Source: Rotaria socialis (Eukaryota). Taken from it: a DNA stretch of 64,000 nucleotides. A program made the position numbers and the translations under genes. Below the pieces are notes generated by a model. It had not been told where the DNA came from. It searched no databases and saw only the letters and a list, made by a program, of their open reading frames with translations. Position 1 is the first letter of the stretch; each line of letters begins with the position of its first letter. The stretch covers positions 1-64,000 of the forward strand of contig CAJNYD010000203.1 of NCBI GenBank assembly GCA_905331295.1. The letters run 5' to 3'. Shown here one piece after another: positions 9,479 through 25,132 of this stretch.

Positions 9479-11246
9479 TTAACTAACGGAAAAACTATTG
9501 AGATCATCTAGCATACGTTTTTTTCTTGCCCATTGTATATATTGTCCATAGAGAGTTCGTGCATGTTTTAATAATCTTTCAGCATTATGGCGACGGCGAT
9601 ATCGATCGAAATGCATCGATATATCTTGTTCATCGAGATCTTTTTGTTTCAATAGATGAGTACGATGAGTTAATAGTATAGATATGCACAGAAAAAGTAA
9701 AAATAAATTTTCCTCTTCGAGCCATATTGAATAATTCATTGGTAAGCGTTCTACCCAATCTATTGATGAAGAATATTGAGAACCAACATAATTAACTTTT
9801 CGGCTATCATCAGAACAGCTTGATAGATTATTGGAATTAAATTCTGATATTTCACTAAGTGAAAATGAATTTTCTAATGTTTTTTCTCGTGATTTTGATG
9901 ACACTGAATTAGACCTATTATTATCATTATTGTTAGTATCATTGTTAGATTTATAACCTTGATATTGATCATTTTCTATACAAGAATAGTATTCTTGTTG
10001 TAACCTAGATGATATTTGTTCATTATCATTATTATGATCATAAGTTGACGAAGAAGAATGAAATCTATTTTTACGTGAGAAAGATTCATCGATAATTGAC
10101 AATTGTGGACAGCTAAGTGCTCGACGTTGAAGTGATGGTCGACAAATTATTGGAAATTGAATATGAGGCATTGTTATATCAAATAATAAAGGTAATAACG
10201 GCATATCAGTCAATGGTGGTGGTTCACTAGCAATAGGTAATGTGGCCCACATTACTTCAAGTGTACGAAAAGATTCATTAAATGGAAATTCACGCTTACA
10301 TTCAAGTAATAACCATCGATATGTAAAAAACAGGCTGACTAAAACGATAACATTTCTTTTGGATCATTCTTTTTTACAAAACAAAGGCTCTGTTTGAATA
10401 AAGGATCAATTAATTGATTTACCTGCATCACAGGATTCAAAAAAATTCCAATAGACAGGATCAATAGCTTGTAAAAGTAACTTAAGATGATGAAACTTTG
10501 TTGCTATAGCTACACCATCGGTAGCAAAATTGGCTCGGATACGTCTCATAATTGAACAAAAACATAGATAAGCTACTGGTTCATCACGCATTACATATAA
10601 TAGAACCGAAGCATACTCATTCATTCCTGAAATCAAGAAATAAATATTTATTCAAAATGAATCATGACACGAGTTCTCATTGAAAAAGAACACCAATATT
10701 AGATGAAACATAGAAACAATATTTACGAGGTTAACTTTATGATTCATCATGGGTTAATATGTTAAATTTTCACATACTGTCGCTGACTTGCGAATCTCTT
10801 TGCTCCGTCAAGATATGACTACTAATGTGTCATATGACCCATTGTTAATACAAAGTATTATTCCAACACCTTTTCGAACCGTGTTTGATAAGAAAAACAA
10901 TGAATCAGCGAAGCAATCAAATATTCCTTGAATTTGAAAAATCTACGAAATTTTAGGAATTAAAAATAAATTCAAATTCTTAGAGACAGATCTATTACTA
11001 ATTTGTCTTCAAATCTATACAAACCTTGACAATATATAGTATTTGAATGATTGATGCAATATGTCGTGAGAATATTGCACAGGGACTGTGAATTGACATT
11101 AGCATCATCAGAAGTAGCATAAAATTTGCATGTTCTATCAGTACGAATAACATCTGTATGAATAGCACGCATTGTTGTTCGAATATTTTCATTATGCTGT
11201 TGCATATCTTTCCATCGTCCTTTGAGTCTAAATAATAATCATATTT

Positions 11247-11281
<35 letters not shown>

Positions 11282-12185
11282 TAACGATTTACTTACTTTT
11301 CATATTCAATTGATACATCTCTAAGATATTCATTACGTTCCAAACTAGTCATATTTATTGGGAAAATATTTAATAGATGACCCCATATCAATTTACGAAT
11401 CGATGACTCAATACCGCCTTGATAAATTGCTTGTCGTAATTCATTTACATTTATAAGACGTCCGTCGGAATCAAGAAATTTATTATATTCATTTTCATCA
11501 ACTGGTTTTGAACTACGGCGTTCATATCCGCCATACACCCAATCTAGAAGTGCCCGAGGCATTGTAGTAATGTCTTTTTAAAAAGACAATATTTGAATAC
11601 ATACTTATAGCTTTATTTAGAGCTGAAGCTTTTTTTCCAACGGGTGGTTTCACAGTTGCTATTATAGAGCGATTGTCAACATTAAACCAACGAATACTTG
11701 TATTAAAATCATTCACTGCCACAAAATCCCAATCATCAAGACCTAAGACAAAACAACATATGTATTAGAATACATAAAAATAGCATTTTTCTACAATACA
11801 TTCTTCACGAGGTGTTAATTCATAACTTAATCGTAAATAGGAGTCTGATGTAAGATTTGTTATTGCTGCTGCAAAATCACTATCTGACCAAATAGCTTTT
11901 AATTTTTCTAATCCAGTTGCTGAACACCTACGAACTGCATATATAGTGAAGTCAGTTTTAAGATCAAACGCTTGCGCAATCAAACATTGAATCGTTCGAT
12001 AAAATCCAAGACGTGGGTCAATACAAAATTTTTTCGATGCACCTGGTTCGTAACCTTTATTTATCACATTATCACACGGTTTCTGAAATAATAAATAAGT
12101 GTGAGAAAAATAGATCTCATAAGAACATACGTACATAAACTTTAACTTTTACCACATCAGGCTCAGCAGAACCAATTACAGACAT
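9479..12185 (-). CDS. TBC1D25: TBC1 domain family member 25-like Rab-GAP (multi-exon)
   Basis: Starts MSVIGSAEPDVVKVKV. N-terminal FCIDP...IAQAFDL...WSDSDF block; LIR-like LDDWDFV; TBC catalytic motifs IHTDVIRTDR and YCQGMNE; LFFTYRWLLLECKREF; C-terminal MHFDRYRRRHNAERLL. Confidence 0.88.
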
Positions 12186-13770
12186 GGATGAAAGCGAAAA
12201 TCTCGAACGAGCTGTAAATCGATTCTAGAAAATAGTTAAACGTAAAAATAAACTATTGAATTAAATAAGTGAAGAAAAAATACGCACTATAGGTTTTTTC
12301 ATCAGTAAGATATTCATATTCAGCTTTATCTGACCTGACAAATGAAGTCTATAATATTAGTATTCTATTGTTTCTCAATCTCATTCTCTATCTTGCTTGC
12401 CCTTTCTCATTCTTTCTTTCTTTCTTTCTTTTTCTTTAGTTCGTAGTTCACCTGTTATACAATTTGGAAGCTGGATGTGTGATATATTTCTTTGGTGTCA
12501 AGGTTACCGACTGATAACTAACATAACATTATACTAATACACTGCAAAAAAAAACCAAGAATCTATCTTTTATCAGTAACGTTCTATCCTGCGTTATTTT
12601 CTTTTTCTCCAAATATTGTTTATTGTTCTACGTCCTGAATTTGTGAAGTAGTTATAAGGTACATACAGATAATAAAGAGAACCACAAAGATTGTTTTGCA
12701 CGGATCTTTGTACCTGTTAAAAAAAAATAATTATGCGCCGATAATGGAACATAACATTTGGGTTGTCAGAAATATTTATGATTACAGACAATTTTATCTT
12801 AGTTTAAACGAAGTACAAAATGTCATAGGTACAAGTATAATTTTAGTAGGATTCGCTGCCCATTCTTTATTCTTGTGATTTAGCATGCAAATAAATACAC
12901 ATGTTCTCTGTTTTGACTTCCATTTCATAAAAATATATTATTCAAATAATTAAATATTGACTAGTACAATAGATATTTCTACTAATTATTTTATCAGGCA
13001 GTAAACTTTGTCATTTTTACTTGAATACACTCGGGTTGTCGAAGCTCGCCTTATCAGTAATGACTCGTAAGTAGAAGTACACTGTTTAAAAGTAATAGAA
13101 GGTTATTTTATCAAAAAAGAAAATGGTAAATTTGACTGGACTTGTAGAAGAGCAAAGGTAAATATTTATTTTCAACTTTAAACCACAATTTAGAAATAAA
13201 CAAGAGCAAAGTTTACGCGAAATTCTACTCAAATATCGACAACAAATAGAATGTTGTTATATATTTTTATTATTATCATTGTATTGCGGCAGCTGTACAT
13301 AATTTTTTTCAAATTAACGAATAAGAATCACCTGCAAAAATCCGTGCGTCACAAAAAGTAATGAACACCAGGAATGAATAAAATGTAATGTTACGAAGAA
13401 GAATTTTTAATAATAGAAAAAAGTCATCTGTTTTGTTTTTTCAATGAGATTTATCATAAATAAAAAATATAAAAAACATGATAAAAGACTAACTAAAGTT
13501 ATTTATATAATTTCTATACTATTCTGATTTTAATTCTATATGAGTGGGATACGTCAGCATTCTAACAGATATTATGCAACATAAATTTATTACTTTTCCA
13601 TCAAAAACAATGAAGCATCTTATCTATTCAACAGTATTTCCCATTTCGAGAGTACCTAACTGATAAGCAAACTATTCAAAGAAGACGTGATTATAAATTA
13701 TTACAGCGCTCTTTTCAATGAATTGGCAGTAAAAAGGTGATACTCTCGTTCATTTATTATAAATTGAGAT

Positions 13771-15025
13771 CATGGTTCCCGATTACTTTTGGAAGTGAGG
13801 GGGCTAAATTTTGGCAGTAACTTTATTTTTTTTGGCAGACAGTATACGTCAAAAAGCAAATCCTTGATTTATAATATCATCATCTAACTTAGATGATCTA
13901 AGTTGTAAAAACAACATATGTATAAAAAGTAATATTTAAAAAAGTTTTTCAAAGCTCATCATCTTTCTGTTTCAATTGATCAGATTCAAGAAATAATGTT
14001 ACATTTTGTTGCATCTAATGTTACTGTACGTAAATTTGACTGTTCTATATTTCTTTTCAACTCATAATATTTGTAATCAATCGCTGTTTGTGACATGGCA
14101 TGAAATTGCCGACAATGATCTTTCCAGTTTTTTAGAAGCATTGATTTTCCACAAATAGGACACTTTACTGTACAACTAGTTGTATGAACTATTTTTGAAA
14201 TCATATTTAAAAAAATCTGAGATGATGTCACATATAAATATCATCTCATGCTACTCAGTTTTCGTCAAAGCGAACGGTTATCACCACTTCGATGCGGTTT
14301 CTCTACGTTTATCATTTTTTTTCATATTTTTTTTCTAACTCAATCTGTTTAGTATATACATAGTCATTGCAGTTCAAAAAAAATTGAACAAGTATTCCAT
14401 AGTGCATTCTCTAACTAATATAGTATGATTAATGTTCCTGTTGGTTATTTATTAGCGAACAACTAATTTTATGGCGTCATCTTTAATAAAATTCAACATT
14501 CGGAAACTAAGTGATTATAGTGAATATATCAGATATCTACGGCTTCAACGACATGGGACTGCGTATCAAATAGACAGATTCAGAACGCCTACCAACAGCG
14601 GTGAAATTTCTGCCAGAAGTAAAAACTATACTGAATAGACTTTCTGCCAGAAATTACAAATAGACTGAATAGACTTTCTCGCGGAAATAAAATAATAAAT
14701 AGAGTGAGTGGACTTTCTGACAGAAATAAATAGAATGGCTAGATTTTTCGACAGAAGTAAAAGGTAGAAATTACAGATTTTCTGGCACAAATAGAAACGA
14801 ATAACTTCAGAACGAAAATGTTCATTTAACAACGCAGTGCATAAATCAACATTTTTACTAGAAAAGAAACATCGTAATTGACGGTACACAAACGTACTGT
14901 AATCAAGACTTTTCGAGTCACCCAAAATATAGCAAAACTTTTCGCAGAAACAAATTTTTTTTTGTTAAATTTTGTGGGTGGCTGGCCCCCCCACAGCGCC
15001 CCCCCCCCCTTAATCGGGATCCCTG
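13771..15025. mobile_element. Non-autonomous hAT-type element carrying a C2H2-like zinc-finger fragment
   Basis: Imperfect TIR CATGGTTCCCGATTA / TAATCGGGATCCCTG; 8-bp TSD ATTGAGAT at 13763-13770 and 15026-15033. Internal ORF 13986-14231(-) has CPICGK...WKDHCRQFH. Confidence 0.88.
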
Positions 15026-15071
15026 ATTGAGATGATGAAACGACTGATTTTCTCTTATCATATTAGAGATA

Positions 15072-15728
15072 CAGTAAAACCTCTGTTAGTGAACACCTCT
15101 ATATAGTGAAACATATAAGCTATAAAATGTGCACATTCGCCAGAATTAAAAGAGAGAAAAACAAAAAGGGATGCTCGTCAATGCAGCACGAATGAATGTG
15201 TCGCACGAAAAGAACAGAAAAATAAAATTGAATAGACATGACGAGTTCGCCAATCTCAATAGACAGGACTGTTCGCTTTCTTATACATTATTGTGAGATG
15301 ACGGCACGAAATACGTAGACTTTATCTAAAAAAATATAATTAATTCGTGAAAATGAAAACAACGTTTAATATCGTGCACTTGTCGAAAAATACAAAATCT
15401 CTATATGAAATGTATCAAAAATCATCAAACGTAAGCCTGAATTTATAGAAATGTCTTTTAATCAGAAATAAATAAGTTGTAAATTAGAAGAAATACTTTT
15501 AAAATTAACAGTAAATAAATTGTACAGTAGATGAAAGGGTGAATTAATCAATGCATACTTACTTCAGTTATTATACATAACATACGTATTCATAAATCAA
15601 AAATCTGAAAAATGCGTTTTCTACATATATAAGGTCAGTCAGTACAAAAACTCCCTATAATGAACACTTCTCTTAGTGAACACATTTTGGACGGTCCACA
15701 TGGTGTTCACTCAAGAGAGGTTTTACTG
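15072..15728. mobile_element. pogo/Tigger-like (Tc1-mariner) MITE
   Basis: TIR CAGTAAAACCTCT...GTGAACACC / GGTGTTCAC...AGAGGTTTTACTG flanked by TA on both sides; subterminal GTGAACAC repeats; no ORF. Confidence 0.88.
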
Positions 15729-18089
15729 TATATAGCTAAATTAGTAATTTTAATCGAAAAAATCCTATTGAGAGAGTTGAAAAATGACTTGAGTATTCAA
15801 ATCTATGAACAATCTTGAAATAGATTTCACAGATGATCTAGAATGAAATGTCATCATAACCTAAATATATTAGTTATGCGAAGTATATTTACATCAACAT
15901 CTCAAGTATCATTTTGATGCAGAAACACGCCGTTGCTCTTGAATCAAGTTTATATATATATTCTCAAAAATTAAAGAGTTTGAGTTGTTTTAGCGTAGTT
16001 GTTACTCTTATTGTGCGTTTGTGACGATGTTGGATGCAGGTGAACACTCATAGACGACTCTTACGAGATTTCATCAAAGAAATATAAAATTATCTCTATA
16101 GCAGACGGTAATAAAATAATTACTATATTTAATTCTATCTATGTGGTAGAAGTCAATACATTGTGTAAGATATTCTAGTTTTTAAGTATCGATGTTAAAC
16201 GTGGTAGTGTCATAACATTATTCTTCTAATCGACAAATAGTAGTAAAAATTACTTCAGATAAGTATTTTGTTCAGACTACTAAGATAAATGTGTTTTGTA
16301 TATACGTATTTATCGTTATCTATATGTTATTTTTCTTTATTATCTCTTTTATACAGAAGCATATTTTTCATAACAATCTGCGTATAATAAAAAAGACTTG
16401 TTGTTATTGATTAGTTCTCTCCCATGATAGTATAATTTAGAATAGAGTGTTTCAACAAAAACTTCAAAGTTATGTAGACATTTTTGTCTCTGTGCATTTC
16501 TATGATATTATGTCACACTTTTACCAATATCACACTAATCAAATTTTGATAAGATATGTTTGTTGGGACATGCGACAATAAAACTATTGGTAATTTTAAC
16601 GACAGCAGGAAAAAAACAAGCGAGAGAGAACGGTTATTCTCCACATTAGAACGATTAGATGACGATGAATTGAATCGTAGCTATGGGCTTCTTTTTTTAA
16701 TATATTTTCTGAGTGTTTTGTTTATCAGCGTAAAGAAGCAAGCGTGTCATTTGTTTAACTAGCATTAATAGAGTAAGTACTTTGACATTTTGAATACGAC
16801 ATCTAACTCTCGTCTAATTAAATCTCAATATTTCAACATTTTTTTTCGTTTTTGTGAAGTTGCGAATGTGTCGTTAATAACTGGAGGTAGTTCTATCTGC
16901 TGACTTCATACACCCTCAGAAAAGGCAAGTTTCCCTGTAATTAGAAACATGAACAATAATGTCATCATAACGTACGATAAAAAACATCTGCTAAACGATT
17001 AGCCGTCATAAATCAAAACAAACAATTCATATTAAAATTTATTTCCTTTTATATTAACTGTTGAACGATGAAATATTGTCAAAATAGTGTCTTCACTCTA
17101 GGTTTATAAATAGAGAAAATCCCTTTAACTGTTCCATGAAGTGTTAGATTAGAGTCAACACTTCTTCGTAGCACTGTGTATTACAAGAATTGTAAGACAA
17201 AAAAGCAAAATATATGAAACATCTGCTATTTGTGACGAACAGAGTTGTACTATGCACATTTTGATGCCAGATCTCCGAGGGATATACTTAAGACTATTTT
17301 TATGTATTATCTAATTGTCTCACGTTCTTTTTCACATAATAGTTTATACTCTTTACTATGATGAAAAGAAAAAGTGAACATACGCTTTGGTGAGTGCAAA
17401 CAAAAAAAAAACACTTTGTCCTCAGTTTCCATAGGAAGCGTTGGTCAGAATATGTTGTCAATCAAAAATAATAAATTTTAGCGTTTCGTTTTCTTTCATA
17501 ATTCTTATTTTTCAAATAGCAAAAATTCTTTATTAAGAGTAATTTGTTTTCTCGCTCTCTCTCTCTTAGATGCTAGAATAAAAATGATTGATTGCTATAT
17601 GACCAGTGAAAATAAAGAACTCTTGTCTCGATGAAAAGTTTGACAAAAAATAATTCTACAAAGTGCATTGATAACTTAAAATAAAACATTCATAAAGAAA
17701 AAAACAAGACAATGAATTTTCTTTTTTATCCTTTCATAAGCGTCTTCTACACACAGAGACAGTGTATTCGGTTTAAATAAATGCTGTTTAACTTTCCAAA
17801 AAAAAACGACTGCGTACAATCGTTTATAAATAATAGTATAGAGTAACGAGTAGAATACAATTTTTCTGTTGTTTTTTTAGATAAATATAGCAACGTTTTC
17901 GCTGCTAGTGCGCCGCTATTTCGTTGTATATGTGGGATAATGAAAAATAATTAATAGGAAATTAAACATTTCATTTAATCTCAATATTATTACCCTTCAC
18001 CTGACGTCCTCGACGTGTTATTATTTCGTTTTTCTCTGTCTATTGTTGCATCCCTTATTTTTATTCTTCAAACATCATTACTGTTTTAA

Positions 18090-19892
<1,803 letters not shown>

Positions 19893-20548
19893 ACATATTT
19901 AACAAATGGGTTGAATCTTCCACTGGATCAAGACTACTACTTTTTCTTAGTCTGTGCTTTTCTCCCTACCGTTTGGAAAATTCTATTCGACTATCAACAT
20001 CATTGATCTTGTGTATATACTTACAATTGTCTCTACAACTGTTTTTCTCGCGCTTGTTCTCTCTATACATATATATTCGTATACCTTCATACCTATCTAT
20101 TCTATCGTTTTTTCTTTCTGGTTGTCGTCTTTGTCAGTTGTTGTTTTTTCTTTTTTTTTCATTATCAACTAGAGAAATCTCTCTGTTCGCAAGCATTCGG
20201 CAAGTAATCGATCACCTTTACTTCTCTTTTGGTCCATATATATATATTTATATATATATATATATATATACATGAAGTTATATATCCTTGATGATGTCAG
20301 CTTTCACGGCTAGACAATAGTAGCAGCAACAACAGATGAGTGTGTATGTGTCAATTAAATATTTTTTCTCTCATTTTCTTTTTCTTTTACATTAGAACAA
20401 CGTGTGGCCAGCCATTCTTTCTGTCTTTTTTTGTGTGTATGCGTGTGTGTGTGTGTGACTTCTATTTGAGAAGAATAAAAACAAAGCAAAAAAGAAGAGA
20501 TTTAATTCGTATTTATTCGTTTTTTCATCAGTTAATTCAATAGTAAAA

Positions 20549-21024
20549 TTATTTTTTCTTGAAATTATTTTGCGGATCATAACGACTTAATAATGATGAA
20601 CGATGACGATCATATATTTCATGAAATTGTGGTTGAAGTTGATCAGATCGTGATGGAAGCGTATATTTTTTATCAACTCGATCACGAGGTTCAACATTAT
20701 AATACATTTGCTCACGTTTATTAAAATAAAGAGCATCATCATGTTCATAATGTGGAATATTTCCTTGATGGGCGTTCTAAGAAACGAAATGAATAGTTTT
20801 ATTTGATAAAGAAAATAAAAAAATTGTTTTTTAGCTATACATTAATAATTAATTCCCGATTGACTATGTCACGACGCCATGATTCAATGTATCGAGGTGG
20901 AATAACTGAATGCGGTGCTGAATATTGAGTCACTCTTATCAGAAAAAGAATTAGTAGATATGTCAAAAATAACAACTAATTGACATAATTACCGAATATT
21001 AAACGGACTGTCGGGTTTTGCCAT
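20549..21024 (-). CDS. Uncharacterised 117-aa protein, 3 exons (not in the ORF track)
   Basis: Exons 21024-20993, 20934-20841 and 20776-20549, with 58- and 64-nt GT-AG introns, splice into an open frame MAKPDSPFNIRVTQYSAPHSVIPPRYIESWRRDIVNRELIINNAHQG...SRYDPQNNFKKK*. Confidence 0.8.
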
Positions 21025-23736
21025 TTATATTTTGACTGTCTGTTCTAGCTGAAAATTAAAAAAAATTGAAGAAAAAACAACAACTGACAAAGACGACAAC
21101 CAGAAAGAAAAAACGATAGAATAGATAGGTATGAAGGTATACGAATATATATGTATAGAGAGAACAAGCGCGAGAAAAACAGTTGTANATCAATTTACTT
21201 AGATCATTTATTCAATTTGTCATAGGAAAATGTCTTCTGAGTAAATGTCAATTTGATTAAATTATCAGGCATCTAAAAATACACTCGTATAAACTTTATT
21301 ACATGGCATTAATATCTATCTCGGTTGAATCCTGATTATTACTTTTCTAAAATAGATTTTCAATGAGATAATCCAGTTTTTCTTCTATATTTTGTTAAGC
21401 TTTTTTCTTTATCTTCTCAATTTTAATAACATAAAAATGTAACGTAACTATTCACCACCGCGATTTCGTAGTATCTATTCTTTCTTTTTATATTGATAAG
21501 GATATTTTATATGGTTCTACTAAATCCTTTCGAAAGGATTAGAGAACAAAGCAACAATAAGACTTCAAATTGCATGTGGTTTCTAGTTTAAATTACGAAG
21601 TATAAATGTGAAAAATGGCATGAAATTCTGTGATTGCCTTGTCTGTCCTGATTAGCTTTTCAATAGATCAGAATTATTCATTCAAATCATTGAATTCGAT
21701 CGCAATACAGATAAGATAGATGAAGCAAAAAGAATCAAAATAATGAAAAATTATAGATCGCTATTTATGTTACTATTTTCTTCAATTACCTATTCATGAT
21801 ACTTGTGGGTGTCATAATTAGCATTCTATTATTATAATTTCTCTTGTAGGAGTGTTATTTTTCTGGTTAAGTGAAAAATGAAAAAATCCTAGACTTCAAT
21901 ATTGACTATCATTGTAGTTTTCATTTGTCAAAATGAAGTCAATTAATTTCACAACATAAGATTTATTCTGCTATTTAATTCGTTGAATATATTTTTAGCT
22001 TTAATCTTTCATGACAATTAAGAACCAATAGCAATCTGTAAATATTTATTTTGTGACATTTGACTATGATGAGGCAGACCGTATGCTGTCTTGTTGCTTG
22101 CAGGAAATTGATTTAAGTCTCGTCATAGCTAACTAAGTCTAATTATTGAGACTGAAAACATATTGAAAACATAGAGAACTGAATACGTTAGATCTCTGTC
22201 ACTACGAATCAATCAAGTGAAATATATAGAATATATTTCATGACAAATGAGATATCAAGTAGATAGAACTCGAGAAATTCTATCTATCTTTTTTTGGCTA
22301 CGTCGGAAATGAGCCAGAAGAGAAACTCTGAGATGAAGGAGTGCTTTGGAAAAATTGATGTTTATCAGTGTTCATTTTAATGAACAATTTCTATTTATAA
22401 TACTTGAAGAATATAGATCAGATTTTAAGTATTGATTTCAAAAGAAAAAAAATCTACATTTTTTATTATGTTATGTTATGTACGATATGAAAAGACACGA
22501 TTGTAATTCTAGAACTAATAAAGAAAACGACCAAATACGATCGTATGGATTTGCATTCTCAAAGGTATACAATGTCACACAATCTGTTAGTATCGTGTTC
22601 GTCAGTTTACGGTAGTCTTAATCTTCGTATAGACAGCAAACAAGAGTGTGATCACGAATCAAAGAATAAGAAAATCGTTTGAATTAAGCAAAAATAAGAG
22701 AGGACAGAAGAAATAATAGAAGCGATGTCGTATCGTATGAACAACGGCATTTAACCATATTCAATCGATGTTTTCTAATTTGAACAGAGTTGACATGCCA
22801 TAGAGACAACGTCTAATGATTTTCCAGACACGACATGACTGGAAAAAAAAATATTGTTTCTGTCACAAGCTATGTCAAATTTTCTTCTCATCAATTTTCT
22901 CCTGACTGTGTTTCATCAAAGATAGATGCGTTTCACAAGGGCTTTTTATTGTTAATATAAGTAATACTCGAGTACCTCTCGCAATAAAATGAGATCGCAC
23001 GAATGAAGTGTTCATTTGTTGGCACGTACTGTCGTGTATGTGAAGCTTATGCATTTTGTAGTATTTTGCATGCCATATTTTTATCATGAATACAATGCAA
23101 TTAAGAATTGAGTATGCAGTCATGGAGAGATTTTATTTAATATATGCTGATAAATTTCTAACTCTCCAGATAATTCGTATCTTGCAGAACTTATGAAAAA
23201 TACTCATTAATTGCTAGCTTAAGTGACACCTCTATTGATGGAAATATTTGCAGAGAAGTTATTTATATCAATGAGAAATTTTTATCTTTTAGAAATGCCA
23301 TTACGAGATAACTAATTGATACAATGCATGACCTAAACTCAGGACAGAATGAGTCCAAGAGACGAGTGAACAAAATGAAAACAGCATGACCTTATTCATG
23401 TTAACTATACTTGCGTTCTAGCTAAAATTAATAAAAAAATGTTATCCTACGAAATAATAATCAGTCTATCCAGTACGAATGAGTACATGTATTGCCATTC
23501 TTTGATTGGAAGATATGAATTCTTTGAGAAGTACAACAAAAATGTCGATTCTCAATTCAATCAAGGCAACATACTATTCGATTACTTTCATAAAATGCTC
23601 TTTTATAGATAATTTTTCGAACATTCTATATCTTATTCCATTCATGTGTATGAAGAAAAAAATCTATTAGCATTGCCAATGAAAATAAATATAGTAATGA
23701 ATAGAGACAAGCGCCTTTATTTTTGTTTAGAGTTTT

Positions 23737-24860
23737 AAACTAGATGGTATTCAAGTTTCACTCGAATACGAAATGCGATGCGAAGCTCGAGTCGGATATT
23801 CACGAAAAATCTTCAATTCAGAGAAATCTTGAATACTTTTTTTGTCGACATGATCAAATTCATCACTGAGAAAACTCCATTCTTACTTAGCGATACATTC
23901 TTAAGGATCGATTTCGATCGATCGATTAATTATCTCCATGATTCATTATCATAGATCAGCTGGAAATGAATAGACTATAGTTGCTAACATATGTTGATGA
24001 CGTCACTTTAATTATCTCTTGACAAATTTCTTTCATTTTCGTCATTTTGGAACCACATTTGTGAGTAAACAAAACGTCCGATGAAAAATTAGAAAAAAGA
24101 TTTCTCAAGTTTGATCTTGATACTTCGATCTCACGTTTCAATGAGTTTTCTACGATTTTTGGTTGTCGAGATCATCGCGACACAAAATGACGAAAACGAT
24201 GCGTACGATCTCAAGTAAAAACTAGATGGTATTCGAGTTTCACTCGTATACGAAATGCGATGCGAAGCAGGAATCTGAATTTCCTACGAAAAATTTTCAA
24301 CTGAAAGAAATCTTGAATACTTTTTATGTAGCCATAGTGCTATTCATCACTGAGAAAACTCTATTCTTACTTAGCGATACATTCTTAAAGAACGATTTCG
24401 ATTGAACAATTAATTATCTCCATGATTCATTATCTTAGATCAGCTGTTAATGAATAGACTATACTACCTAACATATGTTGATGACGTCATTTTAATTATC
24501 TCGGAACAAATTTCTTTCATTTTCGTCATTTTGGAACCACATTTGTGAGCGAACGGAACTTCAGATTGAACATTCGAAAACAGGGGTTAGCAGTTCGACC
24601 TCGATTCTACTAGCTTGCGTTTAAACGAGGTTTTTATCATTTTTGGTTCTCGACATCATCGAGTCACAAAATGACGAAAACGATGCGTACGGTCAAGTAA
24701 AAAAGAAAAAAAAACTAGATGGTATTCAAGTTTCACTCGAATACGAAATGCGATGCGAAGCAGGAATCTCCATCCAGGAAAAATCTGCAATTCAGAGAAA
24801 TCTTGAATACTTTTTATGTCGACATGATGAAATTCATCACTCAGAAAACTCTATTCTNCG
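23737..24860. repeat. Tandem array of a ~480-490-bp unit (2 full copies plus a partial), Helentron/DINE-like
   Basis: Units start with AAACTAGATGGTATTC at ~23737, ~24219 and ~24712; the array ends at a single N. Confidence 0.85.
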
Positions 24861-25132
24861 CATCTCATTAAAAAAATTAAAAAAATAAAAAAAACTCCCG
24901 ACGGACTACATAAATGCTTCTGCTTCGCATCGCATTAAAAATAATAAAAAAAACTCGCGACGAACTACATAAATGCTTCTGCTTCGCATCGCATTAAAAA
25001 TAATAAAAAAATAAAAAAACTCGCGACGGACTACATAAATGCTTCTGCTTCGCATCGCATTAAAAATAATAAAAAAATAAAAAACTCGCGACGGACTACA
25101 TAAATGCTTCTGCTTCGCATCGCATTAATAAT
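24860..25132. repeat. Four copies of a ~60-68-bp unit (CTCGCGACGGACTACATAAATGCTTCTGCTTCGCATCGCATTAAAAATAAT...)
   Basis: Directly visible. GCTTCGCATCGCATT is the reverse complement of AATGCGATGCGAAGC at the start of each 480-bp unit. Confidence 0.9.

Noticed and set aside
13500..16300. Coding-like fragments flanking the two MITEs
   Set aside because: Too degraded to assign a frame or family.
19954..20580. Hydrophobic ORFs after PP1
   Set aside because: T-rich 3' UTR with microsatellites, giving spurious Phe/Ile/Leu-rich frames.
22480..22780. TACGA/TCGTA-rich patch, with a similar one at ~40440-40630
   Set aside because: Likely old MITE remnants, but the ends are not definable.
24860..25132. 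Regular short repeats resembling a CRISPR array
   Set aside because: The units are contiguous with no unique spacers, there are no cas genes, and the context is eukaryotic.
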